From an uncultured Acidobacteriota bacterium (GTDB lineage: Bacteria; Acidobacteriota; UBA6911): DNA of 64,000 nucleotides. The notes beneath the pieces were generated by a model. It was not told where the DNA came from and searched no databases. It saw only the letters and a program-made list of their open reading frames with translations. Of the stretch, positions 40,915 to 52,540 are shown piece by piece. Positions within the stretch are counted from its first letter, which is position 1, and each line of letters begins with the position of its first letter. The stretch spans positions 64,001-128,000 of the forward strand of contig CAWHCF010000008.1 of assembly GCA_963827655.1 (NCBI GenBank), written 5' to 3'. Both the position numbers and the translations under genes were made by a program.

Positions 40915-41207
40915 ACGGCGCCTGGACGCATCCGCTATCGAAAACGTGGCCCCCCCTGGGACCTTCCGGAAGTGGGTGCACCGGGAGCGGCACAGGCGAA
41001 TTAGGCTTGCTTCTCCAACCCTCTCGAGATAGAAATGCTTATCCATTTCCGACTGGGAGGTATCGACCAGTAAAGATACTTGAAGCGCCGTAAGTCGGCG
41101 GGTGAGGTAGCATCCCAGCGTCTCGCCAACCCGTCGATGGGCCAGGGCACTTCCGATGGCGTCGGGGATCCCATGATGCCCATCAAGACCTGCCGCAAGC
41201 CTTTATT

Positions 41208-41828
41208 ATGAAAACCGACCCTCTCCCGCGCGATGACCGACTGAAAAGCGAGTACGAGGCGAGCGACGCCCTCGTCGCGTTGCGGCGACCCCCCGCCCGG
41301 TCATTGCGAGGGGCCTGTCGTGAGCTGGGTGCTGCCTTGACCAGCACCAAGCGGCCGCAGGTCAAGGAGGCAGGGGCCGCGATCCTGGGGTTGCTTTCGA
41401 AATTCTATGGGGTCCGCGCCCCTGGTCTCCGGGTGTTGGGCCTTCGTCCCCGCAACGATCACGAAGGTATTATTTACGAGCTCTTTGGTGACTATGACTA
41501 CAAGACCCAAATGATTCGCGTGTGGATGCGGACCGCCGTGCTGGGCAAGGTCACCAGCCACCGGGGGCTGTTGAACACGCTGCTCCACGAATTCTGCCAT
41601 CATCTCGATCGGAAGCTGCTCGGATACCCCAACTCAATGCATACCCGCGGCTTCTTCCACCGGGTCGATGGCCTTTACCATTTGGCCTTGGGGACCCCGG
41701 TGGATCAGCGAATTCCGTTGCCGTGGATCAAGAGCGGATCGGTCTGGCGGCTCGATTGGGGGAAAATTCACGCCCTCAAGCGTCGACGCCCGGCAGGCGC
41801 ACGCAAGCGGCCGCCAATCGGACGATGA
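41208..41828 (+). CDS. Hypothetical basic protein with HEXXH zincin motif (SprT/WLM-like)
   Basis: LNTLLHEFCHH...HTRGFF. Confidence 0.7.
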   Translation: MKTDPLPRDDRLKSEYEASDALVALRRPPARSLRGACRELGAALTSTKRPQVKEAGAAILGLLSKFYGVRAPGLRVLGLRPRNDHEGIIYELFGDYDYKTQMIRVWMRTAVLGKVTSHRGLLNTLLHEFCHHLDRKLLGYPNSMHTRGFFHRVDGLYHLALGTPVDQRIPLPWIKSGSVWRLDWGKIHALKRRRPAGARKRPPIGR

Positions 41829-41857
41829 TCCTCGGGGAACTCCTCAAATAAGGATTG

Positions 41858-42793
41858 TCACTTGCGGTTGACGATCCGTTCAACGTACCAGCTCAGAAAG
41901 TCGTCGGTTCGGATCGAAGTGGCGACTCTGGCGTTCGGTTGCCCGTCCCTCTCTCGTGTAAAGCCTTCCGCATCCACCTCCAGCCGGAGTTCCTCTATAC
42001 GACAGAAAGCCTCGTGAAAGCTAAGAGTCACGGCGACGGGATCGAACAATGTTGGCCGGACCTTGCCCCAGAGCTTGTAAAGCGCGTGGACTTGCGCGGT
42101 CAGCGGAGTCCCGGCGCCAAAGATGCGTTCGAGCATCGGCTGCTCCAGCTTCAGCATCGTCGTGGCGTCAAGCGGAGCCACCAGGAGCGGCACCCCCGAT
42201 CGGAAAACGACCTGCGCCGCCTTGATGTCCGAGCGTATGTTCCACTCCCAGACGACCGGCGGTTTTGCGTCGTAGCCGACGCGAACGGCGCCGCCCATGA
42301 TAACGATCCGCTTGATCCAGGGTTTGGCTTCGGGATGATCCGTGATCAGCTGGCCGACGTTGGTAAGATCTCCAATCGTCACGAGCGTTATTCTGCCCGG
42401 CTCGGCTTGAAGTTTCTTGTACATGAACTCAGGGGCCAACTCCGGTAAGGGCCTGTTCGGGAAGCCGGCCTCGAGTCCATACTGATATTGGCCCTTCTGC
42501 TCCGGTTGCTGCCGTTGCGGGCGCCCGGGCGCGACGGGAACGTCTCCGCGCCCGGCATGATGCAGCATGCGACAGGCGATCAGCGCCCGCCCGTAGGCAT
42601 CGGCGCTCACGGTTGTGACACCCCGCAACTCGATCTCAGGGCTGGCCAGCGCCAGCGCCAGGGCGAACGCGTCATCGATATCCGTGCCGATATCGGTGTC
42701 GAGGATTATCGGCATTTTCTGCGCGTAAGCCTCAGTGCCAGAAAGCAGCAGCAAAAACGTCGTGGCCGCCCAAAGGCAGGTCCTTCCAGTCAC
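41858..42793 (-). CDS. Secreted nucleoside hydrolase (IUNH family)
   Basis: Signal peptide, DTDIGTDIDD, IMGG, EWNI, PLDAT, LFDP. Confidence 0.9.
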   Translation of the reverse strand: MTGRTCLWAATTFLLLLSGTEAYAQKMPIILDTDIGTDIDDAFALALALASPEIELRGVTTVSADAYGRALIACRMLHHAGRGDVPVAPGRPQRQQPEQKGQYQYGLEAGFPNRPLPELAPEFMYKKLQAEPGRITLVTIGDLTNVGQLITDHPEAKPWIKRIVIMGGAVRVGYDAKPPVVWEWNIRSDIKAAQVVFRSGVPLLVAPLDATTMLKLEQPMLERIFGAGTPLTAQVHALYKLWGKVRPTLFDPVAVTLSFHEAFCRIEELRLEVDAEGFTRERDGQPNARVATSIRTDDFLSWYVERIVNRK

Positions 42794-42910
42794 TTCCTCT
42801 CCAGAGCATGACGTAGGATGCGCCGACTTGCATGCGGCGCGTCCGTCGGGGCCGGCGCGATTCAAGAGGACTTCCCCGGCCGCCCGGGAATTCCTGGATC
42901 CGCCGCAAGT

Positions 42911-45900
42911 CTACCAGGTCAATCGAAGGGTCACCTGCGTCTCCCGGGCGCCCTGACCCGAATTGAATGTACTTAGAACTCCGTCTCCGCCGATGCTGTT
43001 GGGATTGCCGGGACGGTTCAAAATATTGAAGAAGTCGGCGTTGATGCGCATCACCAATCGTTCGTTGATAGGAATCGCTTTGAATAGCGAGGCATCCAGG
43101 CCCCACTGCCGCACGCCGGGAAAATACTGCTGTCGCCAGGGATGCAAACCGCTACCGCGCGTAGGTGGTTTGTCGCACGGTGCCGTTGTTCAGAGGGACC
43201 CAGACTGTGCTGGTATCCCAAAAGGGGACCAGACTCCCTCCTGGGAAGTTTGGCGGTGGCGTGGTGCTGCCCGCCGGGATCAGGGGTTGGCCGGCAGGCC
43301 TGTAGTCGGAGGGCACCCCCATGACGCCATTCGGCCGCCCATTGGCATCGACGCTGTTGATCCGATTGGCCGGGATGTAACCATTCCACCACAGATAACC
43401 GGGGCGGCAGGAACCGGAGCGGCAGTCCTGAATCGGGTACTTGTAGCCGTAAATCTCAATGTCGTTCCCGGTCGGCCAGACGTTGGTGGGCAGGCTGAAG
43501 TAATTGCTCCGTAACTGGCCGAGACCCGCAACCTGCCAGCCTCCGATGAACGCGTTGAGCAGTCCGCCGGCGTTGCCGCCGATCGGCTTTCCTCTGCCGA
43601 ACGGCAAATCGGCGATCCAGTTCCAGCGCAAACGATGCTTGGGAATGGTGATATCCCGCTGGTAATTGTAGAGCCGCGTGCGCTGCTCGATGTCGGTGGG
43701 CACCGTGCCTGGAAGGAACTGATTCAGCTCGGGAATGATGGAGCTGGCGTTGTATCCGGTGCCGCCGGCCACCAGGGTGTTGTTCAGGTTGTAGAAAACC
43801 TGGAAGGCGATTCCTTCGCTGTAGCGGCGTTCCAGCTCCAACTGAATGCCCTGGTAATTGGACCACCCCGTCTTGCGGTATTCCTCAATAGTTCCGTAGA
43901 CTTCCTGGTCAAACGGCCGCCGCAGGACATTCGAGTACGCGCCGGTCGGCAAGGGCTCACCCTGGGTCACGAACCAGATGTAGTCGGGCGTGTTCTCGTT
44001 GTAGCGGAAATACATGTCGAGGCGCCCGGTGTGGTTGCCGACATAGGAGGCGCGCGCCACCGTGTTGCGCATCACCTCTGTTTCCAGCGTGAAGTTCCAG
44101 TCCTGCACGCGCGAGTCCGGCTGGTTGGGAGCGAAATAGCTCATGACATTCCCGCCGCGGGCCAATCGAGGCGGCATCCGCGAGACTGACCGCATCGCGG
44201 CTGTTCTGGCCGGAAAAGATGGTTTGAACGCTGCGCATGCCGTAATTAGAGATGCCATCCGGCGTCAGGGTGGGGTCGTTGAGATCGTTTCGGAAGCGGG
44301 CGGTGAAGGGGATGTTCTGCCGCATTCTCTGGCCCCAGGTCCAGAATGGGATCGGGAAATATGAGATTCGGTATCCCCCGCGGATCACAACGGTGCGATC
44401 GCCGTCCCCTAAGCGGTAGGCCAAGCCCAGGCGCGGCCCAAAATTGTTCCGGTTGGGCTTGAGTAGACTTCGTGGCAACCCCGCTTCCTGGTAGGTGATG
44501 AAGTTGACCCCCAGCGACTGCCAGCGGTCAACAACCGCAGGCAGGGTGCCCCCCAGCCGATACATCGTGTCGAGATCCTGGGTCAGCACCACGGCTTTGC
44601 GCTGGGGATCGAAGCCGCTCAGCATGTCGTTCTTCTCGGTATAGGGCGGCCAATATTCCCAGCGCAGCCCCAGATTCAACGTGAGGCGAGGGCTGACCTT
44701 GTAGTTGTCCTGGAAGTAGAGGGCGAATTCCTGGGTTCGCATGTAAAAGTAGTTGCGCACGAGTTGATTGGAGTAGTTCATCGACCCCAGAAACATGTTG
44801 GCGAGATTGTGGCCCGTGAAGGGAAGGGGCAGGGGGTCGGTGCGGGAGCTGGATGGATCATACAGCGCGGTTGCGCGAGTGTTCCAGCTGTGGTTGCCCT
44901 GGGGGTGCTGCTGGTCGGGAAGATAGTTCAACCAGTCGTAGCGGTAATGGAGGCCAAACTGGAGCTCGTGCTTGCCCCGGATCTTCGTGGCATTGTTGTC
45001 GAGGATGAAGTGGGTAAAGGCCGATCCCTGCGGGTTGCCGGTCTCAAAATAGTATTGATTCAGACCGGTGTCGTAGAGCCCCGGCCAACCAGGCACGCCG
45101 AAGGGGTTTGACGTTCCTATCTGATCCGCATACTTGACCCCTGGTTGGCCCGTGCTGTCGGTCCAACCCTCGTGGGAGACGCTCAGCAGCAGGTCATTGA
45201 AAAAGGTAGGAGAAAACGTCCTCACCCATGAGAGGGCCGTGGCGTTGTTGGGGGCCGTGTTGAACACCGTGCCGGCCACGCGGTCGGAGGTGGGTACCGT
45301 TCCAAAGGGGTACCGAAACTGTTCGTCGTTCCCTTTGGTGAAACGCAGGTACGTTTGATCCTTATCGGAAAAACGGTGGTCGAGCCGTCCGGTGATCGTC
45401 CACTGTTCCTGGGTAAAAGGGGATGGGCCCACCCAGTTGCTGTCCACCAGCGGGTTGACGCTGGTGTGCGTGGGCAATGGTGAGATGCTTAGCAGGTACT
45501 TGGACAGCGGGCTGAGGCGCGCCGGATCGATCACGTTCAGGTCGCCACGGTAGGAAATCTGCTGCCGTGCCCAGCTTTGCGGGTCGGTAGTGAGCGGGTC
45601 GTAGATCAGGAACTGGCGACCCTGGGAATCCATCAGGTTGCGGAAGTCTCCATTACGCATGGCCTCGGTCGGCACCGATCCGCTCCTGGTAGAAGACTCT
45701 ACCCGTCGCAACCCCTCGTAAGCGAAGAACCAGAAGGACCGGTCCTTGCCGTTGTACAACCACGGAATCCGGATGGGACCGCCCGAGGAGACGCCGAACT
45801 CGTTGCGAATCAACTGCGGCGGCTTGCTATAGAAATCTTCCCGCCGTCGCGCCTTGCCAAAGGAATTGTTGCGGTGAGTTTCGAAGGCTGAGCCGTGAAT

Positions 45901-46617
45901 GGTGTTCGTGCCGCTGCGCGTGGAGAGAACGACGGTCGTCGGGCGATTGAATCTGGCCGAAGAGTTGTTGTTCTCGACCCTGAATTCCTCGATGGTGTCC
46001 AGGCCGGGCGGACGGCGGAAGGCGGCGCTGCCCCACAGCCGGTCGCTGATACTCGCGCCATCCAGCACGTACTCGCTGGAGCCGTCTCGCAGCCCGAAGG
46101 CGCGGTCGCCTTCCATGCCAGGAACCGTCTGGAGCAGGCTGCTGACGAAACGCCCGTTGATCGGCAACTGCTCGATCCGGTTGCGCTCCAGCACATGGCC
46201 CAGCGTCGGGTTGGAGCTCGTCACCATGGGGGTCAAGTCCTCGACAACAACTGTCGTCAGTGTCTCCCCGATTTCGAGTGCCGGGTCAATCACGGCCGGC
46301 TGCTGTACTTGCACCGTCAGGGTTGCTTCGAAGTTCCGCATGCCCGGGGCTTCAGCGGTCAGGCGATAACGCCCAGGCACTACGCCTGCAAAGATGTAAA
46401 AGCCGGCCTCGTTGGTGGTGGTTCGCGATATCACGCCGGTAGCCGTGTTGGTCAGCGCAACCGCAGCCTTGGCGATCACGGCCTGTGTCCGGTCGCGGAC
46501 CGTTCCGCTTACCGTGGTTGTGCTGGACTGCGGCCACACCGGAACTGCCAGCAGAGTAACCAGCAGGCAACCCAAAACCCACGTGTGAAGGAACAGGTTT
46601 CTGATGTCTCTTTTCAT
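42911..46617 (-). CDS. TonB-dependent receptor, Oar-like with carboxypeptidase-regulatory N-domain (two apparent frameshifts)
   Basis: Signal peptide, TTTNEAGFY, LPINGR, RNEFG, LTLNLGLRWEY, NFGPRLG, C-terminal QVTLRLTW. Confidence 0.9.
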
Positions 46618-47504
46618 GTGTGTACCCTTCCTTTCGGCGATCGCTCGAGTTAAGAAACATTCCGGTAGGGCTTCTCTTCCACTCCCAGCGCGGTGACGCT
46701 GGACAATTTGAGATGTTTTGGCCGCCCGGATCCGGTGGGGACAGTAAGTGGGCTGCGTTTCTTCCACCGTCGTCGATCCGCACTTCCTGGGTGCCTCGAC
46801 CGGCTCCAGCTTGCGGCCTTCTCGATGAGTTCGCGCCTCTTTGATTACGCCTGGCGAGGTTTTCGTCATATCGCCGGTCTGATGTATGGTAGTCCGATGT
46901 GGAAACACACTAGCACAATTCTACAGAAAAATGTTGTAGCACGTCGTTTCGGTGTCCGCTCTTGGAGGTGATTCGCGAGTCAACGGTGTGAACGGTGCCC
47001 TCGCCCGCTAGTAGTGCGGCTGCTCCTGAATTGAGGTGCTGGATAAAGGCCGTCATCCCGCAGTTCGGCTTACCTCCGCTACCAAGCCCTTCACTTGCGC
47101 CACGCCGCCATCTACAAACAATTCCGTTTCCGTTATGTAGCTACGTTCGTTAAGTCCTGGCGCTGAGGCTACTGGTGCACATGAAGGTAAGACAATCAGG
47201 CGGACTGCGGCTCGGGCACGTTCGCGTCCAGAGTCAGAAGTTTGGACGCGAGAACGGGGGTGGCCGAATAGCCGGGGTCGTGCTGATCAAGAGACGGCGC
47301 AGATCGAGCGCGTCCCCAGCGAGCCATCAAGACTTACTTACCATTGTACTGGTAGAATGAAGCGGCGTTGGCCGCTCCCAGATTATGTTTGGGCTTGATT
47401 CACTGCCACGAGCCGTTGCTGAAAACCAGTGGAATGTACGACGCTGAGGGGCGTTTGGTAGAACGGGCAAGAAGCCGCCCGAATTCGGCTAGCGGTAAGG
47501 AATT

Positions 47505-48116
47505 ATGGGCAAGAGTCGCCTGGAAGCATTCAGTGATGGGGTTCTCGCGATCATCATCACGATCATGGTGCTGGAAATGAAGGCGCCGCATAGCGCTGAT
47601 ATCAATGCGCTGCGCCCGCTGCTGCCGGTCTTTCTCAGCTATCTGTTGAGCTTCGTCTATCTGGGCATCTACTGGAGCAATCACCACCACATGTTGCATA
47701 GCGTTCAATATGTGAGCGGTGGAATCTTGTGGGCTAATCTTCACCTGCTGTTCTGGCTATCGCTGGTTCCGTTCGCTACGGCATGGATGGGTGAGAACAA
47801 TTTTGCGGCGGCGCCGACCGCCCTCTATGGCTTGAATTTATCGTTGGCAGCCATCGCATATTTGATCCTGCAGCGCACGATCATCGCGCGGCAAGGGCGC
47901 GCCTCCCTGCTCGCGGTGGCTGTCGGTCGCGACGTTAAGGGCAAACTGTCGTTTACGCTTTACATCATCGCTATTGCGGCGACAACTGTCGCGCCTTGGA
48001 TCGCGTGGACGCTCTACGTCGCCGTTGCGCTCATGTGGCTGATTCCTGACCGCCGCATCGAGCGAACGCTGGTCGAGCGCACCGAACCCGAGCGGGAACG
48101 GCTGAAAAACGACTGA
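47505..48116 (+). CDS. TMEM175 family potassium channel (DUF1211)
   Basis: RLEAFSDGVLAIIITIMVLE, YWSNHHH, six TM segments. Confidence 0.92.
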   Translation: MGKSRLEAFSDGVLAIIITIMVLEMKAPHSADINALRPLLPVFLSYLLSFVYLGIYWSNHHHMLHSVQYVSGGILWANLHLLFWLSLVPFATAWMGENNFAAAPTALYGLNLSLAAIAYLILQRTIIARQGRASLLAVAVGRDVKGKLSFTLYIIAIAATTVAPWIAWTLYVAVALMWLIPDRRIERTLVERTEPERERLKND

Positions 48117-48145
48117 GGTCGTAACCCTGGCTTTGTCTTCTCCGG

Positions 48146-49875
48146 TCAGTTCTTCACCGTCTCTCGCAGGACTTCATCCAGAGTAGTGACACCGGATTTG
48201 ATTTTCGCGAGCCCGCTCTGCCGGAGAGTGAGCATCCCCTCTTGGACTGCGCGTCGCTTGATTTCGCGCGCCGGAGCACCGGCCAGGATGAGGTCCTGGA
48301 TATCCTCGGAAATCTCCATGACTTCGTACAGCCCGACTCGCCCTTTGTAACCGGTGCCGTTGCAAGTGCGGCAGCCTTCGCCCCGGAACGTCTGTATCGG
48401 CCCGGCTTCTTCAGGTGAAAACCCGACGTCTATGAGTGTCTGGATCGGGGTTTTTATTTCAGTTTTACACTCGTTGCATATTCTCCGGATCAATCGTTGC
48501 GCGCAGATCAAGTGGACGGACGTGGCAACCAGAAAAGGTTCGATGCCCATGTTTAACAAGCGCGTGATCGTCGAAGGGGCATCGTTGGTGTGGACGCTGG
48601 AGAGCACGAGGTGGCCGGTCAACGCGGCTTTGATTGCGATCTCCATGGTCTCGACATCGCGAATCTCACCGACCAGGATAACGTTCGGGTCCTGCCTGAG
48701 GAACGACCGCAGGGCAGCGGCGAAAGTCAGGCCGATCTGCTCCTTGATTTGAACCTGGTTGATTCCTTCGAAATTGTATTCGATCGGATCCTCGGCCGTT
48801 ATTATGTTGGTTTCCGGCGTATTCAGGCGGTTTAACGCGGAATAGAGGGTGGAGGTTTTTCCGCTTCCCGTCGGACCTGCGACCAGGACCATGCCATAGG
48901 GTTTCAATATTCCGGTCTCGACACGCTTCAAGGAGGTGTCCTCGAATCCAAGCTTGGACATGTCGAGCGGCAGCGTGTCTCGGTCCAGGATGCGCATGAC
49001 AATGGTTTCGCCAAACAGCGTCGGGAGCGACGAGACCCGATAGTCAATCTCTTTCCTCTTCGAGTTGAAGCTGGTCCGTATCTTGATCCGGCCATCCTGG
49101 GGCAGCCGTTTTTCCGAGATATCCATCTTGGCCATGATCTTGATGCGCGAGGCCAGGGCGTCCCTCAGGCGGAGAGGGGGGGTCATGATATTGCACAGCT
49201 GGCCGTCGATGCGGAACCTCACCCGGAGCTCTCTTTCATAGGGCTCGATGTGGATGTCGCTCGCGCCTTTCCGCAAAGAGTCGGACAGGATGAGGTTGAC
49301 CAGTTTGATGATGGGGGCCTCTTCGCTGGAGCCCTGGAGCTGGTCAATGGAAGCCTCTCCTGAAGCCCCGCTTCCAGGTCGAGCTCGAAGCCTCCTTCTC
49401 TCTCGACCTGAGCGAACTCTTCATAAACTTTCTTGAGCTCCAGGGCGTGAGGCGTTCCGTAGTACTTCTCCAGGGCTTCCCGGATTGAGGCCTCCGACGC
49501 GACCACTGGCTCCACGTTGAGTCCAGTCAAGAACTTGATGTCGTCCATCGCCAGGACGTTCCTTGGATCGGCCGTCGCGATCGTCAGAGTGCTCCCGGCC
49601 CTGCTGAGCGGGATCACAAGATATTTCTGCGCCGTTTCTATCGGAATAAGCTTGATGAGCGAAGGATCGACGTCGAAGTACGCCAGATTGATGGATGGCA
49701 CGCCGTAGTGCCGGCTCAGTACCGAGGTAACGTCGTCATCGTCGACAAAACCCATGTCGATCAATATAGAACCAACCCGGCCGCCGCGATGGCGCTGGCG
49801 CGTCAGAGCCGCATCCAGCTGCTCGCGGGTGATGAAGTTATCTTTTATGAGGAGCTCACCTATCTGCGAGGGCAT
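48146..49875 (-). CDS. pilB: Type IV pilus assembly ATPase PilB (apparent indel near 49360)
   Basis: N-terminal IGELL..RVGSIL, ASDIHIEP, GPTGSGKT, LRQDPN, Zn motif CNEC..CRTC. Confidence 0.95.
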
Positions 49876-49877
49876 GG

Positions 49878-50738
49878 CTATGAGTTACGCCACAGAATAT
49901 CGGCGGCGGTGCTCACAAACAACAGGACGCTGATCCAGCCGTTTACCGTAAAAAAGGCCGTATTGATGCGGCTCAGATCGGTCGGTTTAACCAGGATGTG
50001 CTCGTAGGCAAGAAGGACCGCTACTATCCCGAGACCGATGAGGCTCAGGCTTCCCAATCCCTCGCGCCAGAAGAGAAGCGCCAGTAGCGCGATCATCACC
50101 GCATGAAGAATCGCTGAAATCAGCAGCGCGCGCGGAATTCCGAACCGTTCGGGAATGGAGTGCAAAGCTTCCTTGCGATCGAATGCGACGTCCTGACAGG
50201 CATAGAGGACATCGAGCCCAGCTACCCAGAGAGCGACTGCCAGTCCCAGGATCAGCGGCGCCGGAGTAATGTCTCCGCGGATGGCGATCCAAGCGCCTAC
50301 GGGCGCGCAAGCCAGGGAGAGACCAAGCAAAACATGCGTCGCCCAGGTGAATCGCTTGGTGTACGAATAGAAAAAGATGAGGGCCAGCGCGAGCGGGCTC
50401 AGCGCCAACGTAAGCCTGTTCAGCCTGAACGCCGCGAACAGGAATAGCACGGATGCCGCACAAACGAACACGATGACGAAAGCTCTGCTGACGGCTCCCT
50501 GCGGAAGAGCGCGGGTGGCGGTTCGAGGGTTTCTCGCATCGAAAGGCGTATCCACCAATCGGTTGAATGCCATGGCGGCACTGCGCGCGCCGACCATCGC
50601 GAGCAAGATCCAGCCGGCCTTATCCGCCCGGGGCAGCCCCCTCGCCGCCAGGAATGCGCCCATGAACGCAAAAGGGAGAGCAAAGATCGTATGTTCGATC
50701 TTTATCATCTCCAGAGTGATTCTTAGTTTTCTGAACAC
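49878..50738 (-). CDS. UbiA-family prenyltransferase (MqnP-like)
   Basis: [47 protein letters not shown]. Confidence 0.9.
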   Translation of the reverse strand: MFRKLRITLEMIKIEHTIFALPFAFMGAFLAARGLPRADKAGWILLAMVGARSAAMAFNRLVDTPFDARNPRTATRALPQGAVSRAFVIVFVCAASVLFLFAAFRLNRLTLALSPLALALIFFYSYTKRFTWATHVLLGLSLACAPVGAWIAIRGDITPAPLILGLAVALWVAGLDVLYACQDVAFDRKEALHSIPERFGIPRALLISAILHAVMIALLALLFWREGLGSLSLIGLGIVAVLLAYEHILVKPTDLSRINTAFFTVNGWISVLLFVSTAADILWRNS

Positions 50739-50955
50739 TCGAATCGTCGGAGCAGGAAAGGCGGCGAATTGAATTTCATCACCTGTCACCAGATGCCGAT
50801 CGGTTAGGATAGCAAAAGCGAGAGCGATTACAATTGCGTTTCTTTGCGTCTCCGGGAGTCTTTTCTCGCGAACAAATCCAGCGGAGAGCTCGGAGACGCA
50901 AAGGAGCACTTGCAAACCGAGGGAACCCTTCGCTAGCCTATGGCAGGGGGCGCTT

Positions 50956-52540
50956 GTGTCGTCTTATGACTCGATCCGGATGGAAATCTTTAAATCGCTG
51001 TACGCCTCGGTGGCGGAGGAGATGGGCGTTACTTTGCGGCGCACGGCATTCTCGCCCAACATCAAGGAGCGAAGGGACTATTCCTGCGCGATTTTCAACG
51101 GCTCCGGCGACCTTGTGGCGCAAGGGGACCACATGCCGGTGCACCTCGGCTCGATGCCGATGTCGGTCCGCGCTGCAGTCGATGCCGTTCCCATGGCCGC
51201 CGGTGACATCGTTTTCCTCAACGATCCTTACGAAGGGGGCACCCATTTGCCGGACATCACGCTGGTGAGCCCCGTGTTCGGCCCGGATAAGGAGAAAGCC
51301 GTTTTTTATGTGGCCAACCGCGCCCACCATTCCGATATAGGCGGAATGAGTCCCGGCTCCATGCCGCTGAGCACCGAAATCTTTCAGGAAGGCCTGCGGA
51401 TCCCACCGATCAAGCTTTTCTCCGGTGGTAAACGCTCGGAGGCTGTTTTCCGGCTTCTGCTCGCCAATGTGCGAACCCCTCGAGAGCGCGAGGGTGATCT
51501 CACAGCGCAGATTGCAGCCAATTGCACGGGAGAAAGAAGACTGCTCCAGATCTTGTCGCGCTACGGCAGTGATGCGATGCGCTATGCAAATCATCTTCAG
51601 GATTATTCAGAGCGGATAGTGCGGGCTTTTCTTCGGCAGATCCCCGACGGAAGCTATACCGCCGAGGACTACCTGGATGACGACGGGATTCAGTCGAAGC
51701 CAATCAAAATCTGTGCGCGCCTGACAATTCGAGCCGGCGCTCTCGAGGTCGACTTTTCAGGCACAGATCCCCAGGTTGCCGGCAGTGTCAATGCTGTCTA
51801 CGCGATTACCATGTCGGCTGTTTACTACGTAGTTCGGGCGCTGATTCCGGATTCCATACCGGCAAGCGCAGGGGTGCTTCGGCCGGTCCGGATTCGGGTG
51901 CCCGAAGGCAGTGTGGTTCATGCGCGTTTTCCGGCTGCAGTGGCGGCGGGGAACGTCGAGACCTCGCAGCGGATCGTGGATGTGCTGCTCAAAGCTTTCG
52001 CCCGCGCAATTCCGGAACGTGTACCGGCCGCGAGCAGCGGAACCATGAATAACCTCACGTTGGGCGGTATCGATCCCAGAAACGGAGCCATCTTTTCCTA
52101 CTATGAGACGATCGCGGGGGGGATGGGAGCGTGCTCGGCCGGCAGCGGGAACAACGGCATCCACACCCATATGACCAACTCGCTCAACACTCCGATCGAG
52201 GCGCTCGAATACGCCTTTCCTTTTCGTGTGACGCAGTATCGTTTGCGCCCGGGATCGGGAGGAAGAGGCAGGCATCGCGGGAGGCGACGGCATCATTCGG
52301 GAGTTAGAGCTTCTGACTGGCGTGGATGCCACGATTCTGTCCGATCGCCGGCGCATCCCGCCTTACGGGATCGCCGGGGGCGAACCTGGAAAATGCGGCC
52401 GTACGACAGTGATCAACGGACGGCGCCGGCGCCGCCTCAACTCCAAACAGCGTTTCCGGGTTGAGGCCGGCGAGCGGCTCCGGGTGGAAACACCCGGGGG
52501 TGGCGGTTGGGGACCGCGCCGTCGGAAAGGAAAACGGTGA
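50956..52540 (+). CDS. Hydantoinase B/oxoprolinase family protein (apparent indel near 52282)
   Basis: [44 protein letters not shown]. Confidence 0.92.

Noticed and set aside
40915-41200. Short minus-strand ORFs (MDKHFYLERVGEAS...)
   Set aside because: Possibly a gene remnant, but too short to assign to a family.
47100-47504. c-di-AMP (ydaO) riboswitch ahead of the K+ channel
   Set aside because: The expected conserved segments were not found by eye.
40074-48526. pilB partial duplication as a DGR template/variable repeat pair
   Set aside because: Mismatches are mixed (C/T, A/G, G/C in both directions) rather than adenine-specific, and there is no reverse transcriptase in the window.
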